Shown here in pieces: positions 23,320 to 32,822 of a DNA stretch of 64,000 nucleotides. Positions within the stretch are counted from its first letter, which is position 1, and each line of letters starts with the position of its first letter. A model generated the notes under the pieces. The model did no database searches and was not told where the DNA came from. It saw only the letters and a program-made list of their open reading frames with translations. Position numbers and translations under genes: made by a program. The DNA comes from an uncultured Elusimicrobia bacterium. GTDB taxonomy: Bacteria > Elusimicrobiota > Elusimicrobia > FEN-1173. The stretch spans positions 28,521 to 92,520 of the forward strand of contig CAYZXT010000006.1 of the NCBI GenBank assembly GCA_964482515.1. The letters run 5' to 3'.

Positions 23320-25516
23320 GAGGGGGATATTCTAGCGGTTTTGCGAGCAAATTACATTCGGCGGTTTTACCGTCGGTCCGCCATTCGACGGAGCCGTCGC
23401 GGCCCGTCACGAAAACCCGCGACCCGGGGAGCGCCGCCCCCGCCTCCCGGGACAACTCTTTCGAGGACGAAACGATCCAACGGGGATTCGCGTCGGCCAG
23501 GAAATTCTCGTCCACCTCGCCCGCGCCGTGTCCCGGCGACTGGAGGACGGACAGCGGCTCCAGCAGAAGGGCCGCTATTTTCTTTTGCGCGCGCGGCGAA
23601 AGATCGTTGGCGAAGAGGGCCGTTTGGCCGCCGAGCGTGGCGGTCAAAGCGATCGACGGCAGGGCGCGCCACTCGACGGAATCTTCGATCCACGCCTTTC
23701 CCGTCGCAAGGAAGCGGACCGGGATTTTCTTTTTCTGGAGGACCTTCCTAAGTTCCTTCATTTGGAAATTCTCCCAAACGGACTCCGGGCAAAGGAACTC
23801 GTCCACGGGAAATTCGCCCAGGACAGCGGACAATCCCGGCGCGTGGCGTGCATCCGCCCGCGTCAGGATGACGCGATGCAGCATGGCCACGGCGCGGCGG
23901 CGCAGGAACGGAACCAGTTTATAGGTCCCGAAGTTCGCGCCCCCGCCGTTCACCAGCGTCACCCGCCCCGCCGGGCTGGTGACGACCTGCGCGTCGCCCG
24001 CGCCCGCGTCCAGCCAGACGACGGAGAGGCGGCCCGCTTCGGGCTTCGACCGCGCCGCGTACAGCGCGGGCAAGCCGCAGGCCCAAATCGCGACGACCAA
24101 AAGCCAATGCCGCCGGAAATCGGGGCGCGGCGATGCGCTTTCCTCCGACCGCGGATGGATCGCGCCCCACACCAGGAACGTCGCGACCACGATCACTGAG
24201 AGAAGGGCGGTCTGCAGGCCGTTCCAGGGCGGCGTCCATTCCGCGCCGGGGACCTTCGCGAACAGCTCCACCGCGCGCCAGAGGCCCAGCGCGGATTTGT
24301 CCGTCAGCCACGCGGTCCCCGCGGCCAGCCAGCCGAGTCCCGACAAGTTCATCAGGGCCAGAATGACGCCGAGCGCCAAACAAAATCCCGCCCAGGGAGC
24401 GGCCACCAGGTTCGCCAGCAAGCCGATCCAGCTGAAGCGGTGGAAATAATAGAGCAGCATGGGAGACAGGGCCAGCTGCGCCGCGAACCCGGTGAAGAAG
24501 ATCGCCGCGGTCCAACGAACCCAAAGGCTGCGGTGGCGGACCAGGGATTCCAGGGCCGGCAGGCCAAGCAGGATCCCGAGCGTTGCCGAATAGGACATCT
24601 GAAATCCGGCCTCGAACAGCGCCGAGGGCCGGAGCGCCAGCAGGAGTCCCGCGGAAAGCGCCAACGCCTGGGCCAGCCGGTCCTCCCGCTCGATCAGCAG
24701 CGCGATCAAACCGAAGGTGACCATGACCGCGGCGCGGGTCACCGGGGGGTCCATGCCCGCCATGCCGGTGTAGATCCAGGCGCAGGGGATCGCGCCGACC
24801 AGGACCACCGCGCGCGGCAGACCCAGCATCCACCAGGCCGCCAGCGCCCAGAGCCCGATGATGAATCCCACGTTGGAGCCAGAGGCGACCAACAAGTGGT
24901 AGGTCCCGCTGCGGCGGAAGTCCCGGTCCATGTCCGGAAAACCCGCGGGCTTTTTACCGAGCACCAAACCTGAAACCAGTTCCGCGGCCGGGCGGCTCAA
25001 GCGGCGGCGGTAGACCTTCAAACAATTTCGGCGTAAGAAACTCAGCCAGCGTTTGGGAGACGACGCCGGCGCCTTCTCCAGCAGCCACCCCTTCTCCCGG
25101 GCCGCCAGCTTGGAAAAAATCCCGCGGCGCGCCCAGAAAGTCCGCGCGTCGAAGGACCCGGGGACCGTCGCCTGGGGGAACGGCGAGAGTTTTCCCCGCA
25201 GGACAATCCGGTCTCCCCAGCCCGCGCCGTAGGGAAGCCGCTGAGCCTGGACGAGAATCCTTCCCGACACCTCCGCGGGAACGCCGTATTCGGGCGTTAT
25301 CTTCTCCGCCCGGAGGACGAAGCGGATGAAGCCGCGGCCGTAATCCGGGTCCCGATCCAGGCGGCCGACGACCCGCACGTTTTGTCCGGCGGCGAAGCGG
25401 TGCGGATCGCGCGGGCCGGGCGCGGGTTCCCATCCGCGGAAACGGCTGAAGGACAGAAAGGCCATGTAGAGGAGGACCAGCCCGATGAGCGGGCGGCGGA
25501 GAACGTAGGGACGCAA
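23312..25516 (-). CDS. comEC: ComEC/Rec2 DNA internalisation competence protein with C-terminal metallo-beta-lactamase-like domain
   Basis: The N-terminal OB-like region is followed by a multi-TM competence domain (YHLLVASGSNVGFI...) and a C-terminal LSVVWLDAGAGDAQVV... lactamase_B-like segment. It overlaps glcD by 8 nt. Confidence 0.85.
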   Translation of the reverse strand: MRPYVLRRPLIGLVLLYMAFLSFSRFRGWEPAPGPRDPHRFAAGQNVRVVGRLDRDPDYGRGFIRFVLRAEKITPEYGVPAEVSGRILVQAQRLPYGAGWGDRIVLRGKLSPFPQATVPGSFDARTFWARRGIFSKLAAREKGWLLEKAPASSPKRWLSFLRRNCLKVYRRRLSRPAAELVSGLVLGKKPAGFPDMDRDFRRSGTYHLLVASGSNVGFIIGLWALAAWWMLGLPRAVVLVGAIPCAWIYTGMAGMDPPVTRAAVMVTFGLIALLIEREDRLAQALALSAGLLLALRPSALFEAGFQMSYSATLGILLGLPALESLVRHRSLWVRWTAAIFFTGFAAQLALSPMLLYYFHRFSWIGLLANLVAAPWAGFCLALGVILALMNLSGLGWLAAGTAWLTDKSALGLWRAVELFAKVPGAEWTPPWNGLQTALLSVIVVATFLVWGAIHPRSEESASPRPDFRRHWLLVVAIWACGLPALYAARSKPEAGRLSVVWLDAGAGDAQVVTSPAGRVTLVNGGGANFGTYKLVPFLRRRAVAMLHRVILTRADARHAPGLSAVLGEFPVDEFLCPESVWENFQMKELRKVLQKKKIPVRFLATGKAWIEDSVEWRALPSIALTATLGGQTALFANDLSPRAQKKIAALLLEPLSVLQSPGHGAGEVDENFLADANPRWIVSSSKELSREAGAALPGSRVFVTGRDGSVEWRTDGKTAECNLLAKPLEYPPRE

Positions 25517-25614
25517 AGCGAACCTCTCGGCGGGGGTGAGGATGAAATTCGTCCTCCCGGTTTTCGCCGGAATGACGGATTAGTTTTGGGGTGTTGGGGT
25601 GGAACTGCGGAAAA

Positions 25615-26202
25615 TCAGGCTTTGAAACTGTTGGTGATGGAATCCACTTCCGTTTTGATTTCTTTCAAGCGGCTGACAAGCTCCGGCGAGACGGACTTTC
25701 CCTGCACGAGCTCGTTCAATGCCCTGGAAATCTTCTCCGCCAAGTGGCGGTCCTTGACGACGCGGCCCTGAAGCGATTCCAGCATGCGGTTGAATTCATC
25801 CTGTAAATCCATGAGTTCGTCGCCCTTGCGCAGGTGTACGCGGTAGGTCAGGTCGCCGCCGCCCACGACTTTGGCGGACTGTTCGAAGCGGTAGATGGGT
25901 CCGGCGAGTTTGTGAGAGAGGAAGACCGTCACCACGCCGACCACCACCAGATAGATCACCAGTTTGGCGAGGAGGACCTTGTTGTTATTGAGGAAGAGCT
26001 CGTAGAGCCCTGGGTCCATCAGGTCGCTGACGACGTCCCGGCCGAACAAATAGTAAATGTCCCCCATGATGAGGCAGACGGCCAGGAGGATGGAGATCAT
26101 GACGAGCAAAATGAACTTGGATTGAAGGCCCTTTTTGATGATCAGGGTGCCGCGTTTGATGCGTTTCATTTGGGTGAGCGGACGGACCTGGACGGATTCC
26201 AT
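25615..26202 (-). CDS. membrane protein with two TM helices and a HAMP domain, no recognisable output domain
   Basis: HAMP-like HKLAGPIYRFEQSAKVVGGGDLTYRVHLRKGDELMDLQDEFNRMLESL follows two hydrophobic helices. Confidence 0.6.
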   Translation of the reverse strand: MESVQVRPLTQMKRIKRGTLIIKKGLQSKFILLVMISILLAVCLIMGDIYYLFGRDVVSDLMDPGLYELFLNNNKVLLAKLVIYLVVVGVVTVFLSHKLAGPIYRFEQSAKVVGGGDLTYRVHLRKGDELMDLQDEFNRMLESLQGRVVKDRHLAEKISRALNELVQGKSVSPELVSRLKEIKTEVDSITNSFKA

Positions 26203-26239
26203 AGAGTAAAACTAACAGAGGAACGGCGGTTTGTCAACG

Positions 26240-27253
26240 TCAAAACTTCCAGCGCGCCTGGACGCCGCCGACATCCCCCCGCATGAGAGGGGCGAGCTCA
26301 AGCTGAGCCTGTTTTCCTTCCGGGCGCGGAGCGCGGCCCCGGTTCACCGCGATCTTGGCGAACAAATATCCCATATAGATGGAAAGCGGGTAATCGCTGT
26401 ACCAATGGACGCCGTTGTTCACCATCTCATAGGCCAGGCCGGCCATCAGCGTGTACCCCACGGGGCGGATGAATTTATATTCGGGATAATTTTCCGCGAT
26501 CACCGTGGTGGTGATCAGGGCCGTGGGAAGATGTCCTGACGGGAAGGCGTCGTAATAGTTGGTGCGTTTGGCGTATTTCCGCTGGTTCGGGAAGAAACGC
26601 CAGCGCCCGCGCTTCTTCGACAGCGTGTTGGGATTTTCACGCCCGGTGGAATGCTTCAACGCCTGAACAACGATGCCGTTGGCGATGATGGCTTCGACCA
26701 ACTGGCTGGACGTCTGGAGCGCGCGGTAGTCGTCCTTCAACCACCCGTAGGTCAGGAAACTGCCCGCGATGGTGAAATGGGTGATGCCGTCTCCGAGGAA
26801 ATACAGCGCTGTCCCCAAGTTATAGGGGCCGCTGAGGCGGATCTTATAATCGACGCCGGGGACGGTCGTTTTAAAAAAAGGTTTTTGCACGCCGCTGTGG
26901 GAAACGCTCCATTTGTCCCCCAACTTCCAGCTGTTCTCAAACAGGTATTGGTCGTAGGAGATGAGCAGCACCGTGCTTGCCGTCACCGCGGCCAGGGGCC
27001 AGAGGCTGTCCTTGCTGACGGTGAACCTCCAGAACTTTTTCTGGTCGTCCACCTGGTACTTCAGCCAGGAAAAGACGCGGGGCTTTTCGTAGACATAACC
27101 GCCGTGGACTTGCGTGGCCGTCGATGAAAAAACGCCGGCCGCCGCTCCAGTGGAAGAAGACAGGTCGGACGGGACCGTTTCCTCCGCACGCAACGGGAGG
27201 CGCATCCGTCCTAACAAAAGCCCCATGAAGAGGAACGTCATTTTCCTGTTCAT
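26240..27253 (-). CDS. PAP2-family (type 2 phosphatidic acid phosphatase-like) secreted/membrane phosphatase
   Basis: The three PAP2 motifs are KHSTGRENPN, FPSGH and GVHWYSDYP. The start is taken at MNRKMTFLF... (signal peptide); its ATG overlaps the upstream TGA by 1 nt. Confidence 0.75.
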   Translation of the reverse strand: MNRKMTFLFMGLLLGRMRLPLRAEETVPSDLSSSTGAAAGVFSSTATQVHGGYVYEKPRVFSWLKYQVDDQKKFWRFTVSKDSLWPLAAVTASTVLLISYDQYLFENSWKLGDKWSVSHSGVQKPFFKTTVPGVDYKIRLSGPYNLGTALYFLGDGITHFTIAGSFLTYGWLKDDYRALQTSSQLVEAIIANGIVVQALKHSTGRENPNTLSKKRGRWRFFPNQRKYAKRTNYYDAFPSGHLPTALITTTVIAENYPEYKFIRPVGYTLMAGLAYEMVNNGVHWYSDYPLSIYMGYLFAKIAVNRGRAPRPEGKQAQLELAPLMRGDVGGVQARWKF

Positions 27254-28029
27254 CAGAAACTCTGCGCGAAGTAAATCCCGCGACCGTCCGTATAAAGGCT
27301 CCTCATCCTGCCCGACCGCTTCTCCCATCGGGACACGCTTTTCCCCACCCACGTCCCGAGCAGCGCGCCCGCCACCACGTCGCTGGCCCAGTGGTTGTTT
27401 TGATAGATGCGGCCCACGCCCACCGTGGCGGCATAGCCGTAACTCAAGAAATCCACCCAGAAATTATCGTATTCGTCGGCGACGACCGAAGCCATGGCGA
27501 AGGCCGTGGTGGCGTGACCGGAGGGAAAAGACGCCCGGGAAGTCTTGCTGCCCCGGAAAGGCCGGTACTCGTCGGCGTCATCCCCGGTGTAGGGCCGGTT
27601 GCGGCCGACAAGCCCTTTCACGGCGAGGACCAGGAGCCCGCTCGCCACCGCGGCCTCGACGCCCGCCACGCCAACGCGTTTCGCCCGCTCGGAACCGGCG
27701 ATGGCGCCACCGGCGTAAATCAACCCGGACATGCCGATGGTGACGTGCGGTTCCCCTATCAGTTCCCCGATGGTTCCGCGCCGGCCGAAACGTCCGGTAC
27801 CTAGGATTTTGTCGATGCTGTTATTACCGTGCGTGCTGACTTCCCTGTGAACGGACCGATCGACCAGGAGCGTCGCCCCTACCAATCCGCCCGCCGCGGC
27901 CCAGGGAACCCAGGAAGGAACGGCCTTCGCCGGCGCGGGTTCCTCCGCGCGCAGCCCCGCCGATGAAATGAAAAGCGCGGCACATAAAACCATCGCCGCG
28001 CGATGCTGAAACCTGTTCCCATCCCCCAT
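27253..28029 (-). CDS. PAP2-family phosphatase (tandem paralog)
   Basis: The PAP2 motifs are KGLVGRNRPY, FPSGHATTAFAMA and NNHWASDVVAGALLG. The start is taken at MGDGNRF..., preceding the signal peptide. Confidence 0.75.
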   Translation of the reverse strand: MGDGNRFQHRAAMVLCAALFISSAGLRAEEPAPAKAVPSWVPWAAAGGLVGATLLVDRSVHREVSTHGNNSIDKILGTGRFGRRGTIGELIGEPHVTIGMSGLIYAGGAIAGSERAKRVGVAGVEAAVASGLLVLAVKGLVGRNRPYTGDDADEYRPFRGSKTSRASFPSGHATTAFAMASVVADEYDNFWVDFLSYGYAATVGVGRIYQNNHWASDVVAGALLGTWVGKSVSRWEKRSGRMRSLYTDGRGIYFAQSF

Positions 28030-28031
28030 TA

Positions 28032-28652
28032 TTATTTCCCCCTGCGGTCCCTCGCCCAATCCCGCAGGGCATGGAAGGTGCTGCGGAAAGCCAGGCCCTC
28101 CCACGGGATCTCCTCCGGATAAAAAGCCTTTACGCTCATGGTTTCGTGTCCCGCCCGGGGCGCCGGGCCAAACACTTCACCGCGGTAGACCACCGTCACC
28201 ACGCCCGCGTCCTTATAGGAATAGACGCCGTGCAGCCCCGCCAGCCGGACTTTGGCGCGGATTTCCTCCCGGGTTTCGCGAACGGCGCCCTGCTCGACGG
28301 TCTCGCCCAGTTCCAGGTACCCGCCGGGGATGGCCCATTTCCCCCGCGCCGGCTCGATGTCGCGGCGGAGCAGATAAACTTTTTCGCCCCGCGTCGGGAT
28401 CACGGCCACGACGATGTGCGGGTTTTGATAGGCCACGAACTTGCACGTTTGGCAGACCAACCGGTTGTTGCGCTCGGCTTTCAGATAGGTGGCGACCAGC
28501 GGGCCGGCGCATTTGTGGCAGAACTTCACGCGGGCCACGGCGTATTTGTACCAAGTCGGGGGCATGGGGCGCGCGCGGAACCTCTCCATGATCTTCCGCT
28601 CCAGGGCGGGCGTGAGGAGGAAGGCGGACTTAACGCGCGGGCGCTTGGTCAT
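28032..28652 (-). CDS. NUDIX hydrolase with N-terminal Zn-ribbon
   Basis: Nudix box GGYLELGETVEQGAVRETREEI; N-terminal CHKC...CQTC cysteine pairs. Confidence 0.8.
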   Translation of the reverse strand: MTKRPRVKSAFLLTPALERKIMERFRARPMPPTWYKYAVARVKFCHKCAGPLVATYLKAERNNRLVCQTCKFVAYQNPHIVVAVIPTRGEKVYLLRRDIEPARGKWAIPGGYLELGETVEQGAVRETREEIRAKVRLAGLHGVYSYKDAGVVTVVYRGEVFGPAPRAGHETMSVKAFYPEEIPWEGLAFRSTFHALRDWARDRRGK

Positions 28653-29046
28653 GGAGTTGGATTAGGAAAATGCGGTCCGGCGTGAAGGGGACCTTGACCG
28701 GGCCCGGGTGGCCGCGGCCGTCCAGGTCGTCCAGGTCGGCGGCGACGATCTCCCGCAAACTATGATTAAAGTTATCGCGAAGTTGTTTCAAATCGATCCC
28801 CTGGAAAAAATCGCCGTAGGGCGACAACAGCTGGATCCCTGTGTCGTGGAGGATGCGCGCGCCGCGCAGGTTGCCGTTCCGGAAATGGTGCAGCGACGAC
28901 GTCACCTGGATGAGCCCCCGGTAAAAATCCTTGGACGAATCGTGGGTGTCGTGCCAAAGCGCTTCCCAATCTTCGTGCGCCTCGAAGTAATCCTGCCGGT
29001 TGAAATACTCGATGCCCTTGAGATAGCGTGGATCGTAATCGGCCAC
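28630..29046 (-). CDS. DUF309 domain protein
   Basis: GIEYFNRQDYFEAHEDWEALWHD...YRGLIQVTSSLHHFRNGNLRGA matches my memory of the DUF309 signature. Confidence 0.65.
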   Translation of the reverse strand: MADYDPRYLKGIEYFNRQDYFEAHEDWEALWHDTHDSSKDFYRGLIQVTSSLHHFRNGNLRGARILHDTGIQLLSPYGDFFQGIDLKQLRDNFNHSLREIVAADLDDLDGRGHPGPVKVPFTPDRIFLIQLHDQAPAR

Positions 29047-29047
29047 T

Positions 29048-29698
29048 TTATTTCTTCTTGGCGAAGGCGGGGAATTTGAAGGCCGCCGGGCATAATTTGT
29101 TCACCGGGCATTCCGGGCAAAGCGGCGTCGGGGCCTTGCAGATTTGCCGCCCATGGGTGATGATGGCGTGGGAATACCAGATCCAATCTTTCTGCGGGAC
29201 GACCTTCATCAGGTCCTGCTCGATCTTCACCGGGTCCGAATGCTTGGTGAACCCCAGCCGGCCGGAAACGCGCCGCACGTGCGTATCCACCACCACGCCG
29301 AGCGCGATGCCGTAGGCCACTCCCAGAACAACGTTGGCGGTCTTGCGGGCGACGCCACGCAGCTTCAGCAATTCCTCCATGGTCTTGGGCACCCGGCCGC
29401 CGTGGGTCTCCGCGACCGCGCGGCTCGTCAGCACGACGGACATGGCCTTGCTGTGATAGAAACCCGTTGAGCGGATGATGTTTTCCACGTCGGGCAGAGG
29501 CGCCGTGCCGAGGGCCTTGGGCGTGGGATATTTTTTGAAGAGGGCGGGAGTCACCATGTTGACGCGGACGTCGGTGCATTGGGCGGACAGGATCGTGGCG
29601 ACCAGCAGCTCCCAGGCGTTGCGGTGCGTCAGCGCGCATTCCGCACCGGGATAGGCCTTCTTGAGGATCGACAGAATCTTGGCGGCGTTGGTCGACAT
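29048..29698 (-). CDS. nth: endonuclease III (DNA-(apurinic/apyrimidinic site) lyase)
   Basis: AWELLVATILSAQCTD, an HhH-GPD region, and the C-terminal Fe-S cluster motif CKAPTPLCPECPVNKLC (C-x6-C-x2-C-x5-C). The start is taken at MSTNAAKILSILKK by analogy with Nth N-termini; the track start is 29740. Confidence 0.9.
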   Translation of the reverse strand: MSTNAAKILSILKKAYPGAECALTHRNAWELLVATILSAQCTDVRVNMVTPALFKKYPTPKALGTAPLPDVENIIRSTGFYHSKAMSVVLTSRAVAETHGGRVPKTMEELLKLRGVARKTANVVLGVAYGIALGVVVDTHVRRVSGRLGFTKHSDPVKIEQDLMKVVPQKDWIWYSHAIITHGRQICKAPTPLCPECPVNKLCPAAFKFPAFAKKK

Positions 29699-29738
29699 GG
29701 TCTGGGAACACTTCACCTGGGTTTTGTACAATGCTTCC

Positions 29739-30287
29739 ATGAAAATCTACACCAAAGTCGGCGACGGCGGGAACACGTTCCTGTTCGGCGGCAAGAAAGT
29801 CGCGAAGAACGACCCGCGGGTGGAAAGCTACGGCGACGTGGACGAGCTCAATTGTTTCCTGGGCTGGGCCAAGACGCAGATCAAAGGGCCGGACCTGATC
29901 GAAAAGTTGGATGTCGTGCAGGACGAACTGTTCGTCCTGGGCGCGGACCTGGCGACGCCGGCCGGAACGAAATCACCGAAGAAGGTCCCGCGCATCACGC
30001 GCCGCAACGTGGCGCGGTTGGAAAAAGAAATCGACGAACTTGAAATGACCCTGCCGCCCCTGCGGACCTTCATCCTGCCGGGCGGACATCCCGGCGGAGC
30101 GTCCCTGCACTTGGCCCGCGCCGTCTGCCGGCGGGCCGAGCGCGCCTGCATTCCGCTCCTGAAGGCCGGCGCCGTCAGCCTCAACGCGCAAATCTACTTG
30201 AACCGCCTGTCCGATTACCTTTTCGTCCTGGCCCGCGCCGTCAACCACCGCGAGCGCTGGCCGGAAACCCCCTGGCACCCGAAGTAA
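29739..30287 (+). CDS. PduO-type ATP:cob(I)alamin adenosyltransferase
   Basis: MKIYTKVGDGGNTFLFGGKKVAKNDPRVESYGDVDELN... then RRAERA...YLNRLSDYLFVLAR; start at the internal ATG 29739. Confidence 0.85.
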   Translation: MKIYTKVGDGGNTFLFGGKKVAKNDPRVESYGDVDELNCFLGWAKTQIKGPDLIEKLDVVQDELFVLGADLATPAGTKSPKKVPRITRRNVARLEKEIDELEMTLPPLRTFILPGGHPGGASLHLARAVCRRAERACIPLLKAGAVSLNAQIYLNRLSDYLFVLARAVNHRERWPETPWHPK

Positions 30288-30297
30288 ACCCGTCTTT

Positions 30298-31581
30298 TTA
30301 TTCTTTCACCGTCGCCGTGAAAAGAAGGTTTTTCCCTTTGACCATCTTTGAATAGACGACCCTGCTTCCGTCCGGCGAAAAGGACACGGTCGTCCAATTT
30401 TCGCTTTTCGGGACCACGAGCCTGAGCGGCTTTCCCGACGCGTATTTATACAGCTTGATGGGAGCGTAGGACTTATACGGCATGTGGGTGTAAACGTACA
30501 GAATGTCCTCCCGCTGCGTGTCCGCGAACCGGATGATCGGCCCGGAGATATCGAAGAGGTGCTCGACGGAATTTTCCCAGATCCGGTCGACCGAATAGGC
30601 TGCATCGTCGCCCTTGGGATAATAAATGAGCGGGCGGGGGCCCATGCCCCCGAAACCTGGATCGGTCACCAGCCCGGCCCAAGGGGCCGAAGCGCGCGAT
30701 ACCCAGAACGGGATCGACGAAACGGACCGGTCATCATTCTTCATGACGCGTATCTCCGGGATGAACTGGCGCCCTGAGGCGCGATCATCGTAATAGCAGG
30801 CGTAAAACCGCCGGTTGTAATTGCTAAAGACAAACCGGCTCGAGATATGTTCCGGATAGTCCGATATTTCCCTAAGGATCCTCAATACGTCCGGGTCCTT
30901 CCGGTACATATGTTCCAAACGTTTGATGTCTCCGCCGGGATCCCCGCGGCCCCACGCATTATCGGTGACGGCAAGCCCGGCCGATCCGTCAAACGCGTAT
31001 TCAATCTGATAGGACCGGTCGACCCCGTTGTGCATGTTGATGAAGAGGAGGTTGTTTGATTTCCATCCAAGGCCGGCGAAATGCGGCCCCACCAAAAACC
31101 GCGTGGACAAGAAGGCCTTGGATTTTTTTGTCTTCGTGTCGTACACGAGCAGGTCATGGGCCCTGACTCCGGAGGACGGATTGGATTCCGCGTAGGCCAC
31201 CTTGGTCATGTCCGGAGAGATAGCGGGAGTAAACACTTCCTTCGAACCGTCGGTGATCTGCTGTACGTCGACGAGCGTGAACCCCGCGGCGCTGGTCTCG
31301 AAGGTCAGCTTTCCGCCGAAAACCCAGCCCGTCAGGCCGGTGGACGTTTGGATGAAATACCAGCGGCCCTCCAGGCCGTCCATGGTCGCGGTGTAGGTGG
31401 TCTTGTTGAAAATCTCCGCCCGCTCGCCCTTGGACAGGTAGCCCCGGACTTCCGGCTTCTCGCTGATGTAGGTTTGGATCACCACCTTGTCCGCCTTTGA
31501 CACGACCGAATCGGCCCGCAGGACGCCGGCGCAGGAAAGGACGAGCGCCGCCGCCAGGATGAAATGTTTTTTTTGAGTCAT
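30298..31581 (-). CDS. secreted hypothetical protein, SH3b-like N-domain plus TolB-like beta-propeller region
   Basis: Signal peptide MTQKKHFILAAALVLSCAGVLRA; GRWYFIQTSTGLTGWVFGGKL (SH3b-like); repeated SPDxxxVAY/YS-type propeller strands (ISPDMTKVAY, FSPDGSRVVYS). Confidence 0.5.
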   Translation of the reverse strand: MTQKKHFILAAALVLSCAGVLRADSVVSKADKVVIQTYISEKPEVRGYLSKGERAEIFNKTTYTATMDGLEGRWYFIQTSTGLTGWVFGGKLTFETSAAGFTLVDVQQITDGSKEVFTPAISPDMTKVAYAESNPSSGVRAHDLLVYDTKTKKSKAFLSTRFLVGPHFAGLGWKSNNLLFINMHNGVDRSYQIEYAFDGSAGLAVTDNAWGRGDPGGDIKRLEHMYRKDPDVLRILREISDYPEHISSRFVFSNYNRRFYACYYDDRASGRQFIPEIRVMKNDDRSVSSIPFWVSRASAPWAGLVTDPGFGGMGPRPLIYYPKGDDAAYSVDRIWENSVEHLFDISGPIIRFADTQREDILYVYTHMPYKSYAPIKLYKYASGKPLRLVVPKSENWTTVSFSPDGSRVVYSKMVKGKNLLFTATVKE

Positions 31582-31641
31582 TGTTTCTCGTCCCCTTCAA
31601 TCCTATCGATGATCTTCTGATCGCCCTTCATGGAATCCCTC

Positions 31642-32013
31642 CTAGAACCTCGCTAGGATGAATTCGTGGAATTCTCCCATCCCATTCACAGCTTTCATTG
31701 CCTCCCGTTTATCGGCCTCTTCCCCCGGATAGCGGAATCGAACCGAATACTGATTAAGGAAATTTAAAACATCTTTTATCAATGCGAATGAACCATCAAC
31801 CTTTTCAGCTAAAACCTGCAAATCCATCAGATCATGCGTCTTTGGAAAACGCACGTTCTTCGAGGTGAGATAAGCTTTCAGATATTTTTCCGCGGATTGC
31901 TGGCAATGGAAGCAAACGACATCGTGAAGTTGTTTTTTGTTCTTGAGATATTGAACTGCCCGGTAATCCTGGTCGGCTTTCTCCAACCATTCCTTAACGA
32001 TCTTACCGTTCAT
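31642..32013 (-). CDS. HEPN domain protein (toxin of HEPN/MNT pair)
   Basis: WLEKADQDYRAVQYL...FHCQQSAEKYLKAYL...THDL, with an R-x4-H-like end. It overlaps the upstream nucleotidyltransferase gene by 11 nt and is low-GC. Confidence 0.75.
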   Translation of the reverse strand: MNGKIVKEWLEKADQDYRAVQYLKNKKQLHDVVCFHCQQSAEKYLKAYLTSKNVRFPKTHDLMDLQVLAEKVDGSFALIKDVLNFLNQYSVRFRYPGEEADKREAMKAVNGMGEFHEFILARF

Positions 32014-32335
32014 AAAGGATATGGCCCTTCTCCATTATATCCTGAAGGAAGTAATCACCGTGTTTGATTCGCTCTTCAACCTCATCGGAATGACGGACGA
32101 TGATGTCCACGGGGAAAGGCCGGGGATCAAGCGCCTTAGAAGCCGCCAAGTAAGTCTGCTGGCGTTTCTCTTTGCTCTTCTCATCACAAATCAGCAGAAA
32201 ATCCACGTCGCTATCGGGCGTGGGCTTCCCATAGGCGTAGGAACCGAATAGCACGATCCGCTTAGGATGTACCGCCTCGGCCATCTTCTTGGCGGCCTGC
32301 TTTATTTTCTGACGAGTGATTGAATTATGTTTCAT
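32003..32335 (-). CDS. minimal nucleotidyltransferase (MNT antitoxin of HEPN/MNT pair)
   Basis: RIVLFGSYAYGKPTPDSDVDFLLI is the GS-x10-DxD Pol-beta-type NTase motif. Confidence 0.8.
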   Translation of the reverse strand: MKHNSITRQKIKQAAKKMAEAVHPKRIVLFGSYAYGKPTPDSDVDFLLICDEKSKEKRQQTYLAASKALDPRPFPVDIIVRHSDEVEERIKHGDYFLQDIMEKGHILYER

Positions 32336-32351
32336 GGGTTTAGTTTAGAAT

Positions 32352-32801
32352 TTAATGATTAAATGAAACATAGAGATGCCCCGGACTTCCTGGAAAGCTT
32401 GCGTCATCATAAAATTCTTTAATGAATGACGGAAGAGCCATTAGTGTATCTACTCTTCCTTTAAACCATTCATTAAAAAGATTACCGCCACGAACAATCA
32501 CTGCTTTTGAAATATGAGAATCGGGAGCTTTTACAAAAGCGTTTATGAGGATTTCCGCATAGGGCGGAGTTACTGAAATTCGATCAAATAGTATACGGCA
32601 AAGAATTCCAAATTCTTGATCAGAAAGCCCATGAACTTGGCTGCTACAATCTGCAGAACCAAGAAGACAAAGATGTAGGGCGAGGGCGCCTTTTTCAGTC
32701 TTAAACATTGGATCATTATTTGTAAACAACTCACTCGCTTCAATAAACAGCAACAGACGTTCTTTTGCCGCTTCTAATGCGCTCGGCTTTTGTTCAAACA
32801 T
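32352..32801 (-). CDS. hypothetical protein (AT-rich, no recognisable motif)
   Basis: 149-aa ORF with protein-like composition, the only long ORF here. It is co-oriented and adjacent to the HEPN/MNT pair inside the same low-GC islet. Confidence 0.5.
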   Translation of the reverse strand: MFEQKPSALEAAKERLLLFIEASELFTNNDPMFKTEKGALALHLCLLGSADCSSQVHGLSDQEFGILCRILFDRISVTPPYAEILINAFVKAPDSHISKAVIVRGGNLFNEWFKGRVDTLMALPSFIKEFYDDASFPGSPGHLYVSFNH

Positions 32802-32822
32802 TTTTCCTCTCTTATATTGTGT

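Noticed and set aside
29698-29741. Apparent 2-nt head-to-head overlap of nth (track start 29740) and the adenosyltransferase gene (29739)
   Set aside because: The Nth N-terminus aligns better from the internal Met at 29698, which leaves a short conventional divergent spacer.
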